Positions 61,367-64,000 of a stretch of DNA of 64,000 nucleotides are shown here, piece by piece (position 1 is the first letter of the stretch; each line of letters opens with the position of its first letter). The DNA is taken from the NCBI GenBank assembly GCA_963663765.2, contig CAXXUA010000005.1:1696001-1760000 (forward strand), written 5' to 3'. The DNA is from Candidatus Poribacteria bacterium (GTDB lineage: Bacteria; Poribacteria; WGA-4E; WGA-3G). The position numbers and the translations under genes were made by a program. Under the pieces are notes generated by a model, which worked only from the letters and a program-made list of their open reading frames with translations, made no database searches and was not told the DNA's origin.

Positions 61367-62788
61367 CAAGAATCACGACAAAACCCCTACCTTTAGGTAG
61401 TGGGATGTAGTCGTGCTAAGTGCTTGTGTCAAGAAAAAACTTGATTTTTGGTTTAAACCATGAGATACTCATTATACCAGTTCAGTGTAGGTGCTACTAA
61501 CACCTACACACCTTTAGTAGAGGGAACTGACGTCTTCATAGGACTGGAATATCATCATGCTAAAAACACATAAGATTGCATTGAATCCAAATAACAATCA
61601 ACGCAAATGGTTTGCACAACAGTGTGGCTATGCGAGATTTGCATATAATCATGCATTAGCAGATTTCAAGTCTGCATTGGCAAATGATGAGTTCTTATCC
61701 GCTGCGAAGTTAAACACTCGATTTAATATTGCTAAGAAAGCACATGCTTGGACTAAAGATATGGATCAGGTTGTAACCAATAAAAGCATATTTGGTAACT
61801 TGTCTGCTGCGCTTGCGAATTGGGTTGGTAAGCGTGCAAGATTTCCGAAGTTCAAGAAGCGTGGCAAAAAGGACGCATTCACCACAAATAATCAATCTGT
61901 AGAAGTTGAAGGTAAGCGTATCAAACTTCCTAAGATTGGTTGGATTAGAATGTTTGAATCATTGCGTTTTGTGGGTAAGATTATGAAAGTGACGATCTCA
62001 AGGACAGCACATCGTTGGTTTGTATCTATCACCATAGAAACAGAGGACACCGAAGCAGTTGATAACTCAACGCACCCTGTGATTGGTATAGATGTAGGCA
62101 TAAACACACTTGCCACATTGAGTGATGGCACGAAATATGATAATCCAAGACCCCTGAAACGATATGAAAAGAAGTTAGCAAGAGAACAACGTAGATTAAG
62201 TAGAAAAGTTTTCAAGTCTAACAACTGGTTCAAACAAAAACACAAGTTAGAACGTATCTACTATCGTATCGCTTGTATCCGAAACGATGCACATCATAAA
62301 GCAACTACAGAGATTGTCAACCTCGCATCTGTGATCGGTATTGAGACACTCAAGGTTACTAATATGCTGAAGAACAGAAACCTCGCAAAAGCATTGTCAG
62401 ATACAGCATTAGGCAGTTTCCTGCTAAAACTCAAGACAAAAGCAGAAGTGCGCGGTATACCTGTCAAAGAAGCAGATATGTTCTTTGCAAGTAGTAAAAC
62501 CTGTTCCGGTTGTGGACACAAAAAGAAAGACCTAACACTTTCAGAAAGAATGTATCACTGCAGTCAATGTGATATGTCTATAGATAGAGATGTCAACGCT
62601 GCAATAAACTTGAAACCAACTACGGTGGGACACACCGAAAGTCACGCCTGTGGAGTGCAAATAAGACCCAACGCTGTTCAGGAAAGGGCACGAGACACGG
62701 AAGCAGGAAAAGTCGTTTGGAAACAACTCAAACCGTTTCCAATATAAGAACTAAGAACCCCCATGCTTTAGCTTGGGGAGTATGTCAG
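61367..62788 (+). mobile_element. IS200/IS605-family tnpB-only element
   Basis: TTTAT|CAA left junction, left hairpin CCCTACCTTTAGGTAGTGGG, right end CCCCCATGCTTTAGCTTGGGGAGTATGTCA. Ends are inferred. Confidence 0.65.
61557..62747 (+). CDS. tnpB: RNA-guided endonuclease TnpB
   Basis: GIDVGI, GIETL, SSKTCSGCG..CSQC and DRDVNAA motifs. Confidence 0.92.
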   Translation: MLKTHKIALNPNNNQRKWFAQQCGYARFAYNHALADFKSALANDEFLSAAKLNTRFNIAKKAHAWTKDMDQVVTNKSIFGNLSAALANWVGKRARFPKFKKRGKKDAFTTNNQSVEVEGKRIKLPKIGWIRMFESLRFVGKIMKVTISRTAHRWFVSITIETEDTEAVDNSTHPVIGIDVGINTLATLSDGTKYDNPRPLKRYEKKLAREQRRLSRKVFKSNNWFKQKHKLERIYYRIACIRNDAHHKATTEIVNLASVIGIETLKVTNMLKNRNLAKALSDTALGSFLLKLKTKAEVRGIPVKEADMFFASSKTCSGCGHKKKDLTLSERMYHCSQCDMSIDRDVNAAINLKPTTVGHTESHACGVQIRPNAVQERARDTEAGKVVWKQLKPFPI

Positions 62789-62876
62789 TTGTAGTTCTGA
62801 CTAACAGAATAAAAATTGTTATGCCATATAAGGAATGTGTAATTTCGTTTCAAACACTACAATGAGGAGAATCACG

Positions 62877-63146
62877 ATGCAACACACTGATTATACTTCC
62901 GAAGTTGTTGCTATCCGAGGCAAAGAGATTTATCAGCAGCAGATTCGGGAAAAGGTTGAAGCAGAACACAAAGGTAAGTTCTTGTCCGTTGATATTGAGA
63001 CTGGTGACTATGAAATTGATACAGATGATTTATCTCCAACAATGCGCCTGCTTGCTAAACGTCCTAATGCTCCTATTTACAGTTTACGGATTGGGTTCCG
63101 AGCTGCACATCGTATTGGTTCTAAAATTCCATCTACCACAAAATGA
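62877..63146 (+). CDS. small hypothetical protein (DUF5678-like)
   Basis: RGKEIY, GKFLSVDIETGDYE and LRIG motifs; start placed after RBS GAGGAG. Confidence 0.6.
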   Translation: MQHTDYTSEVVAIRGKEIYQQQIREKVEAEHKGKFLSVDIETGDYEIDTDDLSPTMRLLAKRPNAPIYSLRIGFRAAHRIGSKIPSTTK

Positions 63147-63520
63147 TTACTGGAAAAGTTACAAATAATCTTGAAGTTGTTGTGGAATTGGTAATCATTG
63201 GTCTAAATCACAAAGAAACGATAGAATGTATTGTTGATACAGGATTCTCTGGTTATTTAGCTCTACCGAGTAGTTTAATTCAGCGTCTCAATCTCAGAAA
63301 AATTGATGACCAAGAGGTGGTCCTCGCTGATGGATCTACAGCAATCATGGAAAAATATCTTGTAAAAGTATTATGGCATGGAGAAGAACGTAGTGTATCA
63401 GCGTTAAGAGCAGACGGTGGTCCAATTTCTGGTATGTTTCTGCTTCATGGAAGTCGCGTAATTTTAGATGTTGTGGAAGATGGCGATGTGAGTATTGACG
63501 CGCTACCACAAATAAGCTGA
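63143..63520 (+). CDS. clan AA aspartic protease (AF_0612-like)
   Basis: IVDTGFSGYLALP, LADG and GM..L motifs; ATGA overlap with the upstream gene. Confidence 0.8.
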   Translation: MITGKVTNNLEVVVELVIIGLNHKETIECIVDTGFSGYLALPSSLIQRLNLRKIDDQEVVLADGSTAIMEKYLVKVLWHGEERSVSALRADGGPISGMFLLHGSRVILDVVEDGDVSIDALPQIS

Positions 63521-63546
63521 TTAATTACTGTAAGGATTACTAAGGC

Positions 63547-63915
63547 ATGCAGCAAACAATAGTTTGGATTGTTGTATTAGGTGTTATCGTTCTGGTAGGC
63601 ATCGGCATGTTTTTGTTATTACGTGCTCAGCGCACTGCTCCTAAGACATATCCCGCTGACAAGGGACTAAGCTATATTGATGTCTCCGAGTATCCACAGG
63701 AAATGCAAACACTTTACGACCTTTTTGCTAAGAAATGTAGCAAATGCCATACCGTTGCACGTCCAATTAACTCTGTCTTTGCACCCGAAGAATGGCGAAA
63801 ATATGTGCGTAAAATGATGCGAAAACCTGGTTCTGGCCTCAACCCTAAAACTGCTGAACAGATAATCAAATTCTTAGTCTACGATGCACAACATCGGGAG
63901 AGAAAAACACCATGA
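63547..63915 (+). CDS. membrane-anchored cytochrome c, near-identical copy of 59825-60193
   Basis: Only about 6 aa differences. Confidence 0.8.
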   Translation: MQQTIVWIVVLGVIVLVGIGMFLLLRAQRTAPKTYPADKGLSYIDVSEYPQEMQTLYDLFAKKCSKCHTVARPINSVFAPEEWRKYVRKMMRKPGSGLNPKTAEQIIKFLVYDAQHRERKTP

Positions 63916-64000
63916 TGAAACTGATTCTGACTTCTTGTGTCCTATTGTCTCTTGTTGCCAGTTCCCATGCGGTACCTGTCAAAAAACTTCAAATATTGAT
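63912..64000 (+). CDS. 5' part of a second copy of the selenoprotein gene (runs off the window)
   Basis: MMKLILTSCVLLSLVASSHAVPVKKLQIL, identical to the 60190 start. Confidence 0.75.
   Translation, partial: MMKLILTSCVLLSLVASSHAVPVKKLQIL

Overview
Bacterial chromosomal window with Candidatus Poribacteria-like hallmarks (an inference from three PhyH dioxygenases, an ECF-WD40 fusion, and secreted proteins ending in K[IL][AT]TxWGxIK). Housekeeping genes: ggt, queF, purA, rpsI, rplM, tkt, tRNA-Glu and tRNA-Lys. A ~17 kb redox/regulatory island (25-42 kb) holds two ECF sigma factors, four tandem paralogues of an unrecognised repeat protein, four ferredoxins, and three TlpA-like redoxins sharing an unrecognised N-terminal module. 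Two of its units share an ECF-type promoter motif. Also present: a degenerate primase-helicase fusion, two tnpA-less TnpB elements, and a probable UGA-recoded selenoprotein in a duplicated cassette with a cytochrome c. The intergenic DNA is a nested system of at least 8 REP palindrome families packaged inside at least 7 families of non-autonomous TIR elements (MITEs), each with its own target duplication length. One MITE family inserts only into REP hairpins with 19-20 bp duplications, and a truncated RAYT transposase gene lies within a REP cluster. All calls were made by eye, without database searches.
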